DNA from: Chiloscyllium plagiosum
Taxonomy: Eukaryota
Direction: 5' to 3'
NCBI RefSeq assembly: GCF_004010195.1
Contig: NC_057719.1
Coordinates: forward strand, 51,590,920 to 51,654,919
DNA: 64,000 bases
Shown: positions 63,241-64,000 of the stretch, piece after piece
Position numbering within the stretch: the first letter of the stretch is position 1
Layout of the letters: each line of letters opens with the position of its first letter
Notes under the pieces: generated by a model
What the model was told of the DNA's origin: nothing
Database searches by the model: none
What the model saw: the letters and a program-made list of their open reading frames with translations, nothing else
Translations under genes and position numbers: made by a program

Positions 63241-64000
63241 AGATAGTGTTTTGAGGAAAATGATTTTGAGTTAGTTTGTGGGCAGGCTCGACTGTCTCTT
63301 CTTAGTATTGACAGAAATGTTCCTAAGCAAAGGTGGGCGTAATGTCTCTTTGTTAGTATCCCTGCTGCAAATGACAGCAGTTGATATTGTTACATTAGGG
63401 CTGCTCGAAATGTCTCACTGAAGAGTGAATTCAATATTTACATCCTAGCAGTTAAGCATGGAGTTTCTGTCACTATGAAGTTTAGTAACTCCTGTTTCTT
63501 CCATGACCCAGTACCACTGCATATCTCTGGCCATAAGCTGTTGTAATGGTTCACACTTCAGTGACAAACTGGGGAAAGAATTTTGCCAAATACTCAATGA
63601 ATCCAACAAATCATTTTATATCCATATGGATTTTGCATCGTGGTAGCTACAGTGCTGCCAAAGCGCGCGCTCTTCAGGATCCAGCAAAACCTTTTTGCTG
63701 TTGGTCAAAAATATAGGGATGTATTTTGGACATCTATAATTGTAATTTTTACTCATTCAGCATCAGGTTCACCTGGTGAACTGTATCAAGCAGTAACTCT
63801 AGATTTTGATTGTGGTCAGCAATGGCTTATTCTTCCATTGTGTCTGTAGCCATAAACTAGCAGATCATCCACTTTAGCTTCCAATGTAGGAAAATCACCA
63901 TCTATCTCATGTAGGCATTGATATTCTTCAGGGCAGTGAAAATGCCAAATGGTATGCAGAACCATTTTATCTCTCAAAGGGTGTCCAGAATGTAGTTAGC

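Noticed and set aside
37459..64000. Next DAAM1 coding exon (expected DELDLTDKHREAMF...)
   Set aside because: Not found by eye or in the ORF track; the intron probably extends beyond the window, though a short exon could have been missed

Overview
Eukaryotic, repeat-rich vertebrate DNA, almost certainly a cartilaginous fish (shark), judging from the HE1-type SINEs, HER1/CR1 LINEs and Penelope-like elements. The only host coding sequence I can support is the first coding exon of the formin DAAM1 (+ strand, 37276-37458, [19 protein letters not shown]...FTELV). The rest looks like DAAM1 intron or upstream DNA filled with CR1, L2 and RTE LINEs, SINEs, Penelope-like elements (PLEs), LTR remnants, a Gypsy integrase relic, a Tc1/mariner-type MITE and one 587-N assembly gap. 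Most interesting: (i) several families of short PLE terminal-repeat units carrying minimal hammerhead ribozyme motifs, found as TSD-flanked ~90-130 bp solo insertions, as inverted pairs and as one circularly permuted copy; (ii) a tRNA-Leu-primed LTR element with a structurally conserved hairpin at its predicted start site; (iii) three ~20-28 bp micro-inversions that distinguish paired copies of two repeat families. Everything was read by eye, so repeat boundaries are approximate unless a TSD or TIR is given.
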